This document shows, in pieces, positions 1 to 7,640 of a stretch of DNA of 29,941 bases; within the stretch, counting starts at the first letter, position 1; each line of letters starts with the position of its first letter. Source of the DNA: a bacterium (GTDB lineage: Bacteria; Patescibacteriota; CG2-30-54-11; JBAXVQ01). The DNA is taken from assembly GCA_037128935.1 (NCBI GenBank), contig JBAXVQ010000019.1:1-29941 (forward strand), read 5' to 3'. The translations under genes were made by a program, and so were the position numbers. Under the pieces are notes generated by a model. That model made no database searches and had not been told where the DNA came from. It saw nothing but the letters and a program-made list of their open reading frames with translations.

Positions 1-260
1 ACGGAGGGGAGCCCTCTGCCGCCGAAGATGCGCCCTCTTCGGTCATTGAGCCATCTTCGGTCACTTTCCCCCCTTCGGTCACTGAGCCTGTCGAAGTGAC
101 CGAACCACCCGCTACGTCCCCCACCCTGCCCGCTCCGATGGCTTCGACAGGCTCAGCCAACGGAGGGGAGGACACTTCGCCATCTCCGGGCACTTTCCCC
201 ACTTCGGACACTTCCCCCACTTCGGACACTGAGCCTGTCGAAGTGACCGAAGCGCCATAC
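1..260. repeat. GC-rich composite hairpin-repeat array (left array, apparently continuing beyond the window start)
   Basis: The 15-mer CTGAGCCTGTCGAAG occurs at 82-96 and 229-243, and its exact reverse complement at 142-156. Short CTTCGG(T/A)CAC-type direct repeats surround these copies. The unit is the same as in 566-915. Confidence 0.8.
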
Positions 261-541
261 TGCGTATAATTTTTAGAAAGAATCGGCAATTGATTGGTAT
301 CTCCGTTTATTAACGCGTCTTTTTTCCTTCTACTCCAACCCTGCACCTGTTTTTCTCGATAGAAGGCTTCATCTATTCTGGAAAACTCCTCCACATACAC
401 CAACTGCACCGGCAAATGCTTTTTGGTAAAATTGGCACCTTCACCGATAGTATGCTCATACATTCGCTTTTCTATATTTCTCGTACTACCAGTGTACAAC
501 TTACCATTTGAGCACAGTAGTATGTAGAGATATCCTCTCAT
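2..541 (-). CDS. GIY-YIG nuclease family protein (small stand-alone YhbQ/COG2827-like type); the 3' end runs off the window
   Basis: This ORF is not in the supplied track because it has no stop inside the window. The ATG at 541-539 is preceded by AGGAG (551-547) with a 5-nt spacer. The translation MRGYLYILLCSNGKLYTGSTRNIEKRMYEHTIGEGANFTKKHLPVQLVYVEEFSRIDEAFYREKQVQGWSRRKKDALING shows GIY/YIG-type motifs (YLYIL, LYTGST), the RxxEH core and the GWSRxKK C-terminal helix. After about codon 92 the frame continues stop-free through repeat DNA down to position 2. Confidence 0.8.
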   Translation of the reverse strand, partial: MRGYLYILLCSNGKLYTGSTRNIEKRMYEHTIGEGANFTKKHLPVQLVYVEEFSRIDEAFYREKQVQGWSRRKKDALINGDTNQLPILSKNYTQYGASVTSTGSVSEVGEVSEVGKVPGDGEVSSPPLAEPVEAIGAGRVGDVAGGSVTSTGSVTEGGKVTEDGSMTEEGASSAAEGSPP

Positions 542-565
542 AGCAGCTCCTGCATAGTGTCGGTG

Positions 566-915
566 ATTCCGGTGGCTTCGACAGGCTCAGCCGCCGGAGG
601 GGGGACTCCTTCGGTCACTGAGCCTGTCGAAGTGGTCGAAGTGATCGAAGTGCCCGAAGTGCCGAACCACCCCCTACGTTCCCCACCCTGCCCGCTCCGA
701 TGGCTTCGACAGGCTCAGCCGCCGGAGGGGGGGGTCTTCTTCGGTCACTGAGCCTGTCGAAGTGCCCGAAGTGGTCGAAAGTGTCCGAACCGCCCGCTAT
801 GTTCCCCACCCTGCCTGCTCCGGTGGCTTCGACAGGCTCAGCCTCCGGAGGGGGGGTCTTCTTCGGTCACTGAGCCTGTCGAAGTGGTCGAAGTGATCGA
901 AGTGTCCGAAGTGCC
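566..915. repeat. Tandem array (about 3.5 units, period about 122-130 bp) of composite hairpin repeats
   Basis: CTTCGACAGGCTCAG occurs at 576-590, 704-718 and 827-841. Each copy is followed 27-29 nt later by its exact reverse complement CTGAGCCTGTCGAAG (618-632, 748-762, 870-884). Each hairpin is followed by 3-4 tandem 9-mers (GTCGAAGTG-like, e.g. 626-661) and a conserved spacer CCGAACCACCCGCTACGTTCCCCACCCTGCCCGCTCCGATGG. The array abuts the hsdR stop at 916. Confidence 0.9.
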
Positions 916-3723
916 CTACCCTGCCAACGCTTCATTTAGTTCATCCAGTATCGTTTCCATATTTTCCCCAAAAAGCTGCCACATTCTGCCCCGTCCGCCG
1001 CTGGCATCAAAGGGCGTGTAGTCCAGATCTTCACTCCCCACATGCACCGATGCGGCGATGTGGTCTTTCAGCATGGTGAGCCATTCCATCTGTTCTTTGG
1101 TAAACTTCAACGCCCCAGCCTGCTTTTTGAAAAGCCATGCCTGGAAGTTTTTATTCACCGTCATATCGTAAGGCGTCAGCACCACATCAATCCCCGCAAC
1201 TTTCCGAATAAGCGACACCAGCGCAACGATATCGTTTGCCGTGCTGGCAGCCGATCTGGCTGCCGAGCTGGTTGCTGAGCCTGTCGAAGCACCCAGCTGC
1301 TCATACGCCCGCCACACCTGCATCGGAGCAAGCAATGGTCTGTCCAGTAGCAGCTTCTCTTTCAGGTCTTTGAGCATGGCAAAGGTGAGTTCCCGCCTTC
1401 TGTAGGGCTGGGCATAAAAAAGCTGTAATGCCAGAATTTCGTCTTTGTGGGTGTTAATCCATTCGGTAAATGACTGGATAATTTCGTTGGCTTTGTCTTT
1501 GTTGTTTTTATCCCAGCCAACGGTGAGCAGCTCGTCAGGGTTCAAAAGGTCTATTTTCTGTTCGTGGGCTTTGCGGACATTTTCGATGTAGTCGTTCAAC
1601 TCGCCGGTGAAGACTTTGGCGGCTTTGTTTTGCAGTTCTGTTTCCCGTTCTTTGATCTTGGCTTCGATAGTGGTGGGAGCAGCGTCGGGCATCTGGCGTT
1701 CGGTTTCTTCACGGATTTCTTCGAGGGTGTCAGGGTTGTAGGCGTTCAAAAGGTCTTTTACCACCCGTGAAACCGTGATGCCGCCTGATTTTTCTTCGAA
1801 TGTGGTACGCTCTTTTTCGGTGATCTGTTTATCCAAACGGGTAAGTCGGTTTGCCAGCGAGGTATACAATTCCTCATCCCGTGCACCCACGGCAATAGCA
1901 GCGAGCAGGTCTTTCAATGCAACGCCGGGCTTTTTCTCCAGTGGGCGGCTGTCGGTTTTGAGGCTTTTCGTCACACCGATGGCATCGACAATCACAAAAT
2001 GGTCTTTGGTGATTGTTGCCGATGGGGAAACTTTCCTCAAATCGTCAAAATCGATTACCCGGGTGCCACGACCTTTCATCTGTTCAAAGTAGTTGCGGCT
2101 TTTCACGTCGCGCATGAACAGGAGGCATTCCAGCGGTTTGACATCGGTTCCGGTGGCGATCATATCCACCGTTACGGCAATGCGCGGGTGGTAGTCGTTG
2201 CGGAACGAGGCGAGTACCGATTTGGGGTCGTCATCGGCTTTGTAGGTAATCTTTTTGCAAAAGCGGTTCTCTTCGTTGAATTCTTCGCGGATTATTTGAA
2301 TAATATCGTCGGCGTGGCTGTCGGTTTTGGCAAATACCAGCGTTTTCGGTACTTCCATATTGCCGTCGGTGTCGATTCGGTCGGGAAACATTTCGAGTAG
2401 GTGTTCTTTGAAAGTGCGGATAACCGTGCGGATCTGGTTGGGATTGACGATATCTTTATCAAGCTGATTGGCCGAATAGGTTTCGTCTTCGTCCTGGAGT
2501 TCCAGTCGTTTTTTTCGGGAAAGCCTTTCTCGGTGTTCGACATATTCGCCTTTCCAAAGTGTGGCACCTTGTTTGGTCACTTTGGTTTCGATGAGGTAGA
2601 CGTTATAGCCCACATTGACCCCATCAGCTACAGCCATTTCGTGGGAATATTCCGACACGATATTCTGCTGGAAATAGCCAAAGGTGCGTTTGTCCGGCGT
2701 TGCGGTAAGTCCGACCTGAAAGGCATCAAAGTAATCGAGTACCTGCATCCATAGGTTGTAGATACTGCGGTGACATTCATCGATCACGATGAAGTCGAAA
2801 TATTCCAATGGCAGTTTTTCATTGTATGCAATGGGTGGCACTTCTTTGGGCTGCCATCGCTCGTTCGGGTTTTGTTCCTCTTCGCTTTCTTCTAAATCCT
2901 GACCCTTCAACACGGCGTATAATCGCTGAATGGTGCTGATATACACGTGGTTGTCGTCGGGAATGTATCGGGATTTTAGGCGATGTACTCCGTAGAGTTC
3001 GGTAAATTTCCGGTTGTCGTCGTTGGGCAGGTACGACATGAACTCCTGCTCTGCCTGTTCGCCGAGGTTTTTCGTATCAACCAAGAATAGAATCCGCTTG
3101 GCGTTGGTATATTTTAAAAGGCGGTACACAAAGGTAATGGCAGTAAAGGTTTTTCCCGAACCGGTTGCCATTTGGATTAAAGCCCGTGGTTTATTGCCCT
3201 TGAACGAGTGCTCCAGCTTGGTAATGGCATTGATTTGGCAATCACGGAGTCCGGCGGTTGGTAGGTCGCTCAGGTTGAGCAGTGAGCTGCGTAATGATTG
3301 TTCCTTTTTTAGCCATTCTCGGATGGTTTCGGGACGATGGAAAGAAAACACTTCCCGCGCTCTTGGCTTTGGGTCTCGGAAATCAGTGAGTTTAGTAACT
3401 ATTCCAGTACTGAGATAGACGAAAGGAAGTTTTTCGTTATTGAGATATTTGAGTTTGGCTACTGCATAGTCTTCGGCTTGGCCTTCATGCACGGAAAGAA
3501 GCTCGCCTTGCTCTTCGCGTTTTGCTTCAATAACACCAATGGGTTTACCATCGACAAAGAGGACATAGTCCGCAGGTCCCACATCGGTTTGGTATTCTCT
3601 GATAGCGATGCCTGGGCCGGCATTGAGGTTGATTTGTTTTTTGTTTTGTATGAGCCAACCACTAGTGACAAGTTGTTTATCAATTGTATCTCTAGCTTTT
3701 TGTTCTGGATTTTGATTCAGCAT
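916..3723 (-). CDS. hsdR: Type I restriction enzyme R subunit-like helicase-nuclease (HsdR, EcoEI/type IB-like, with EcoEI_R_C-type C-terminal domain)
   Basis: 935-aa ORF. The N-terminal PD-(D/E)xK module reads ADYVLF...GVIEAKRE. SF2 helicase motifs are present: MATGSGKT (Walker A), VIDECH (DEAH-like), GLTATP, and TGTDV...QMKGRGTR. The C-terminus (FTKEQMEWLTMLKDHIAAS...DYTPF...GGRGRMWQLFG) resembles the EcoEI R C-terminal domain. Confidence 0.85.
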   Translation of the reverse strand: MLNQNPEQKARDTIDKQLVTSGWLIQNKKQINLNAGPGIAIREYQTDVGPADYVLFVDGKPIGVIEAKREEQGELLSVHEGQAEDYAVAKLKYLNNEKLPFVYLSTGIVTKLTDFRDPKPRAREVFSFHRPETIREWLKKEQSLRSSLLNLSDLPTAGLRDCQINAITKLEHSFKGNKPRALIQMATGSGKTFTAITFVYRLLKYTNAKRILFLVDTKNLGEQAEQEFMSYLPNDDNRKFTELYGVHRLKSRYIPDDNHVYISTIQRLYAVLKGQDLEESEEEQNPNERWQPKEVPPIAYNEKLPLEYFDFIVIDECHRSIYNLWMQVLDYFDAFQVGLTATPDKRTFGYFQQNIVSEYSHEMAVADGVNVGYNVYLIETKVTKQGATLWKGEYVEHRERLSRKKRLELQDEDETYSANQLDKDIVNPNQIRTVIRTFKEHLLEMFPDRIDTDGNMEVPKTLVFAKTDSHADDIIQIIREEFNEENRFCKKITYKADDDPKSVLASFRNDYHPRIAVTVDMIATGTDVKPLECLLFMRDVKSRNYFEQMKGRGTRVIDFDDLRKVSPSATITKDHFVIVDAIGVTKSLKTDSRPLEKKPGVALKDLLAAIAVGARDEELYTSLANRLTRLDKQITEKERTTFEEKSGGITVSRVVKDLLNAYNPDTLEEIREETERQMPDAAPTTIEAKIKERETELQNKAAKVFTGELNDYIENVRKAHEQKIDLLNPDELLTVGWDKNNKDKANEIIQSFTEWINTHKDEILALQLFYAQPYRRRELTFAMLKDLKEKLLLDRPLLAPMQVWRAYEQLGASTGSATSSAARSAASTANDIVALVSLIRKVAGIDVVLTPYDMTVNKNFQAWLFKKQAGALKFTKEQMEWLTMLKDHIAASVHVGSEDLDYTPFDASGGRGRMWQLFGENMETILDELNEALAG

Positions 3724-3983
3724 TGTACCATCCCGTCTTCGTTCTCTTCAGAACGCCACGGATAGTGGGTATTCTTGGTGGCAGGGTGCTGTTTTACGGG
3801 GTGAGTGTGCAACGAGTCTTGCATGTTTTTGAAAGATGTATCCATAGTATTCTGCTTTGGGGTGGGCTTTTTATTATTGTATTTGTTTTTTGCAGTTTTG
3901 AAAAACGAAGCGAGTAAAAAAACTTGGAGATGGTTCTTTTAGAGGCACGGGGTGGTTGTTGACTGTGGGAGCGCTAGGTAAAT

Positions 3984-4010
3984 AAAAAAGCCAAGACCTT
4001 GATCTTGGCT
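3984..4010 (-). terminator. Intrinsic terminator downstream of tRNA-Ser
   Basis: An 8-bp perfect stem AGCCAAGA/TCTTGGCT (3989-3996 and 4003-4010) has a 6-nt loop. On the minus strand it is followed by a T-run (the A-run at 3984-3988 on the plus strand). Confidence 0.65.
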
Positions 4011-4033
4011 TCGCAATGCTCAAATTTTCAAAA

Positions 4034-4119
4034 TGGCGGAGAGGGAGGGATTCGAACCCACGATACTTTCGTATGCCGGTTTTCAAGACCGGTGCCATCA
4101 ACCACTCGGCCACCTCTCC
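4034..4119 (-). tRNA. tRNA-Ser (anticodon UGA), type II with long variable arm and encoded CCA
   Basis: The reverse complement reads GGAGAGG-TG-GCCGAGTGGTTGATGGC-A-CCGGT-CTTGAAA-ACCGG-CATACGAAAGTATC-GTGGGTTCGAATCCCTC-CCTCTCC-G-CCA. The 7-bp acceptor stem is perfect. The anticodon loop is CU-UGA-AA, the variable arm is an ATAC/GTAT stem with a GAAA loop, and the T-loop is TTCGAAT. There is one U-U mismatch in the T stem. Confidence 0.9.
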
Positions 4120-4241
4120 ATGGGTTGTTTTTCTGCACCTTCAAATACTGTTTTACAGTATTCCGAACTTTCTGCACAGTACCCATCTTAATACGGACGA
4201 CGATTTTTTCAAAATGCTGTTTTTCTTTATTTTTTTCAAAG

Positions 4242-4366
4242 TCCCCCTGATAAGGGGGATTTAGGGGGTTAAAGCCCCACACTGTCCTGCCTTGCACCAT
4301 ACGCTTATTGATTCCCAATAGGACTAATAGGGTCTTGAACCCCCTCAGTCCCCCTTATCAGGGGGA
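4242..4366. mobile_element. MITE-like element: about 36-bp terminal inverted repeats flanking about 54 bp
   Basis: The left arm is TCCCCCTGATAAGGGGGATTTAGGGGGTTAAAGCC (4242-4276). The reverse complement of the right arm (4331-4366) is TCCCCCTGATAAGGGGGACTGAGGGGGTTCAAGACC, a 32/36 match. Each arm also contains its own CCCCC/GGGGG mini-hairpin. No ORF is present. Confidence 0.6.
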
Positions 4367-4382
4367 AGCAATACAAGACAGC

Positions 4383-5474
4383 CTACGCTGTAACTTTTTT
4401 TATAAATTTCTTCATCTTTTCCTTAAACACCGCACTATCAAACTGCATCGCATGCTCGCGTAAGACATCGCTTTGATAGACTGCGGGGTCAAACTGTTCT
4501 AGCGCATCGCAGAGGCTTTCCACCATGGGCTGATCAAAGAATGTGCCGGTTTTTCCTTCTATGACGGACTCGCGGGCGCCGCCGCGGTTGAGGGCGATGA
4601 CGGGCGTGCCGAGTGCCATGGCTTCGACTGGGGTCATACCGAAATCATCTTCGCAGGGGAAAATGAGCGCTTGCGCCTGTTCGAGCAGCTTTGTGACTTC
4701 GTGTTCGGGTTGGAAACCGACAAATTCAACGGTAGAGCCGGCCATTTCTTCGAGGGCTTTTCGCATGCCCCCTTCCCCAATGACTTTGAGTTTCTTTCCC
4801 AATCGTGTGCAGGCCATAACGGCGAGGTCGACGTTTTTCTGCGGGATCAAACGGGACAGGATGACGAAGTAGTCCTCTTTGGGCAATCCTTGTGGTTTGG
4901 TGGTGGCAACGGCGATTGGTGGGTAAATGACTTCGCTGTCGCGTTGGTAGTATTTCTTGATGCGGGCGGCGACGTTGTGGGAGTTGGCGATGAAATGGTC
5001 GACGCGGTCGGCACTTTCCCTGTCCCAAAGGCGAAGGTGATGCATCATCCAGGGCATGATCCATTTGGTGAGCTTTCCACCGATCTGGGGCTTTTGGAGG
5101 TAGAAATGGTAGAGATCCCAGGCGTAGCGCATCGGCGTGTGGCAGTAGGAAATATGAATGGTGTCGGGACGGGTAATAATGCCTTTGGCGACGGCGTGGC
5201 TAGAGCTGATGACGAGGTCGAAATCTTGGAAATCGAATTGCTCGATGGCGGTAGGCATGAGCGGGAGGTAGGCGCGGTATTTTTTCTTTCCCCAGGGGAG
5301 TTTCTGGATGAATGAGGTGTGTACTTTCCAGCGACTGAATTCGGGGAGGCGGTCTTCATCATAGACGAGGGTGAAAATTTCCGCTTCGGGGTACAGCTCA
5401 GTCAAGGCGAGCAGAACTCTTTCTGCTCCGCCGAAGGTGGTGAGCCAGTCGTGGACGAGGGCGATTTTTTTCAT
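4383..5474 (-). CDS. Glycosyltransferase family 4 (GT-B fold, RfaG/WcaL-like)
   Basis: 363-aa ORF. The N-terminus is MKKIALVHDWLTTFGGAERV. The C-terminal half carries the EDFGMTPVEAMALGTPVIA...GGARESV motif, typical of the GT4 E-x7-E region. Confidence 0.85.
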   Translation of the reverse strand: MKKIALVHDWLTTFGGAERVLLALTELYPEAEIFTLVYDEDRLPEFSRWKVHTSFIQKLPWGKKKYRAYLPLMPTAIEQFDFQDFDLVISSSHAVAKGIITRPDTIHISYCHTPMRYAWDLYHFYLQKPQIGGKLTKWIMPWMMHHLRLWDRESADRVDHFIANSHNVAARIKKYYQRDSEVIYPPIAVATTKPQGLPKEDYFVILSRLIPQKNVDLAVMACTRLGKKLKVIGEGGMRKALEEMAGSTVEFVGFQPEHEVTKLLEQAQALIFPCEDDFGMTPVEAMALGTPVIALNRGGARESVIEGKTGTFFDQPMVESLCDALEQFDPAVYQSDVLREHAMQFDSAVFKEKMKKFIKKVTA

Positions 5475-5639
5475 AGCAAATCTCTAGCAAAGGACTGATA
5501 GTTTTTTTTCAGAGTTTCGTTAATTGTAACAAAAAATCCCATCCTTCGTATTTACTACTAAGAAATCAAAACAACATAACATAAATAAATCAAAAACAAT
5601 CTATTTAAAGCCAAAATTACTTATTTTATTAAATAATTG

Positions 5640-5668
5640 TTGACATTTATTATAAAAAATGCTATGGT
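5640..5668 (+). promoter_or_regulatory. Sigma-70-type promoter candidate for the 5744 gene
   Basis: TTGACA (5640-5645), a 17-nt AT-rich spacer, then TATGGT (5663-5668). It lies about 75 nt upstream of an ATG that has an AGGAG RBS (5733-5737). Confidence 0.5.
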
Positions 5669-5743
5669 TTCGTCTTCAATAAATTCGAAGGAGCAATCAA
5701 CACCACAGAAGACAGAGACTGAACCACGGAAAAGGAGAAGATC

Positions 5744-6982
5744 ATGATCGTACTAACCAGAGAAAGCTTCGAACGAGGTAGAGTTCACGAAGTCTGCGAA
5801 CCCACTCACAAGAACGCTCCTGCACGAACAAGATTAGAAAACAACCTAACACTTGAAAACACTTTCAACCAATTTGAAAAAAGCCATCTTGAAGGCAAGA
5901 TACCAGGACTCACAACAGAGACTGCTCTAGCCTTATCAAAGCGCATAATGGTAATCATCAATACTGCAAGATCAATAAGTCTAAAGGAATCAATACCTCA
6001 ACAACGCTGGGAAACAGTTACCGAAGCCCTAGTTTTTTTTGCCAAAAGAAACACTAAAGAACAACCAGAAGAAAGCAATAAAAAAGCCGCTACTGCAAAA
6101 GCCCTAGTTGAATATCTGCGTTTAGCAAATACTCCACATGACGAGAGGGAAGGCTTTGTCACAAAAACTGTAAAATTACTTTTAAATTTACCAGACATTG
6201 CTAAAGCACTAATAAGTACAGCCGGCGCAAGCACCTTATACGCAATGCAAGAGCAAGGGGGATGGCTAAAAGCAGCCGATAGTGTACCTAAAGATGTAGC
6301 CACATTTGGCATCGCAATTGCTTTTTTTGGCACATTAGCTATTAGAACACACCTTCTTAACGAGAAATCTAAAAACCTTATCAACACCTTCGAAGCAGCT
6401 TATTCAACAAACCAAAATAGGTTGATAGCACCTTTGAGCGCCATGCTCACCACCGTCAGAAGCCAGTCAGTACCAGAGACATTTATCGATGACTGTATTC
6501 ACACCACCTTGCGCGGCTTTGATAATGAAAACTGGGGAGCAAGCGAAGAGTACCCATTCTTTAATGCAGCCATGACAAAACTTCTCGCAGCCGAAGAAAG
6601 CAGAGCAAGGACGGAATTAAACAAACTCTCACCCTTGAAAAAGAAAACAGACCTATTACTCAGAGGAATGTACTTAGCCGGAAGCATGACACTACTTAAT
6701 GGGGTAATCTGGGAAATTGCATACAATCTCACCAAAAGCCCTGAACTAGCTCTCCCCTTAGCAGGTATCACAGTGGGAATCTCAACCCTTGCCGACCCTG
6801 GCATACAAGAGCTTGTAAGAAGAACGGAAAATTACGCATCTGATCGTATCAATAGCTTTCTGCATTGGAGCTCAAAAACTTATGAACGCTTCACAGACGG
6901 CAAAAATGCTTTAGAACAAAAATTGAGAAACGAGGCTTCATTTTTAGCAATTTGCGGAAAAGCTGTACTTAACTGGCTATAA
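5744..6982 (+). CDS. Hypothetical membrane-associated protein, paralogue A (no recognisable family)
   Basis: 412-aa ORF with a strong RBS (AGGAG 6 nt upstream). Hydrophobic segments are VATFGIAIAFFGTLAI and LAGSMTLLNGVIWEIAY...LALPLAGITVGISTLA. The C-terminal roughly 250 aa align with the 7641 gene (AGASTLYAMQEQ/AGSALYAWEET; WEIAYNLTKSPELALPLAG/WQLAYNVTKLPDLNIPLVAG). Confidence 0.75.
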   Translation: MIVLTRESFERGRVHEVCEPTHKNAPARTRLENNLTLENTFNQFEKSHLEGKIPGLTTETALALSKRIMVIINTARSISLKESIPQQRWETVTEALVFFAKRNTKEQPEESNKKAATAKALVEYLRLANTPHDEREGFVTKTVKLLLNLPDIAKALISTAGASTLYAMQEQGGWLKAADSVPKDVATFGIAIAFFGTLAIRTHLLNEKSKNLINTFEAAYSTNQNRLIAPLSAMLTTVRSQSVPETFIDDCIHTTLRGFDNENWGASEEYPFFNAAMTKLLAAEESRARTELNKLSPLKKKTDLLLRGMYLAGSMTLLNGVIWEIAYNLTKSPELALPLAGITVGISTLADPGIQELVRRTENYASDRINSFLHWSSKTYERFTDGKNALEQKLRNEASFLAICGKAVLNWL

Positions 6983-7640
6983 CACCAACCCGCTTCTAAC
7001 TATTACTACACATACAAACACCCAAAGCTTATATAGCTCAAAACTACTTCTACGACTTACATGAGTCACGTATGACAAGACAAACTTCCACATTGACTAA
7101 ACCAGAAAAATTACAGAGCTCTCGAAGCCTCACCAGAAAAACACACTGCTCGCCTGAGATTTTTCACATACACAAGTAAATCACCGTCCACGCTCCTGCT
7201 CTAACCGAAACATCTCCACATTTTTTAGCTACACCCCCCACTCCCACACACAACCCAACATCAAGAGGAATAGACACACAAGCAGAACATAGACATAAAT
7301 ATTTTTTTATATACAAGACTTATCAAACGCAAAGACACCCCCCCGCAGTGCTACTTTTCTAGATTATTAAATACTCATCATCCACTAAATTTCCTTTTTT
7401 AAACATCAATATCCTAACAAAAATTCACCTCATTCGTTCCTATTACTAGTTTAAATAAAACATACAGACATTATTATGAAGCCATTTTCTAAATATAAAT
7501 ATCGCATTTATGGTAACTACATATTTATATTTCAAAAATAAACTATACATTCTTAACCTTTCCTTAATGTAGTGAGTGGTATTGTTCACGGTAGATCAGC
7601 CTACATTTATCAAATACGCACCCCAATTAGGAAACTAATC

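Noticed and set aside
557-809. Track ORFs 557-751 (+) and 615-809 (-) as protein genes.
   Set aside because: They are translations of the GC-rich repeat array (VEVVEVIEVPEV, LRQAQPPEGG type peptides). They overlap each other on opposite strands and have no RBS.
545-915. The regularly spaced repeats could be taken for a CRISPR array.
   Set aside because: The units are contiguous composite repeats of about 125 bp. The segments between hairpins are themselves conserved between units, with no unique spacers. There are internal 9-bp tandem repeats and no cas genes in the window.
3717-3845. A 42-codon minus-strand ORF (MDTSFKNMQDSLHTHPVKQHPATKNTHYPWRSEENEDGMVQC) whose TGA overlaps the hsdR ATG (ATGCTGA).
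   Set aside because: There is no Shine-Dalgarno sequence and no recognisable motif, and the composition is unremarkable. The overlap could be chance. I kept it only as a low-probability leader peptide.
1-4119. A classic tRNA-linked integrative island.
   Set aside because: There is no integrase or recombinase gene, and no direct repeat of the tRNA-Ser 3' end is visible in the window. The left boundary is outside the window, so this cannot be decided here.
3874-4318. Track ORFs 3874-4113 (-), 3999-4250 (+), 4016-4264 (+) and 4028-4318 (-).
   Set aside because: They run through the tRNA-Ser gene, its terminator and the MITE-like arms, so they are artefacts of structured non-coding DNA.
4543-5362. 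Antisense or alternative-frame ORFs inside the GT4 gene, and the similar sets inside hsdR (1042-3765), recG (23848-25829), the FNT gene (28299-29202), comEC and the MBL gene.
   Set aside because: These are shadow ORFs of GC-richer genes. The opposite-frame product in each case carries unmistakable family motifs, while the shadows are low-complexity (Arg/Pro/Ser-rich).
7572-7640. Upstream alternative starts used by the ORF track: GTG 7572, TTG 13148, TTG 21216, TTG 25975, TTG 18691 and GTG 23354.
   Set aside because: In each case an internal ATG gives a better N-terminus (a signal peptide, or the canonical AbrB start) and/or a better RBS. The 13148 start lies inside a terminator stem. The exact starts remain uncertain.
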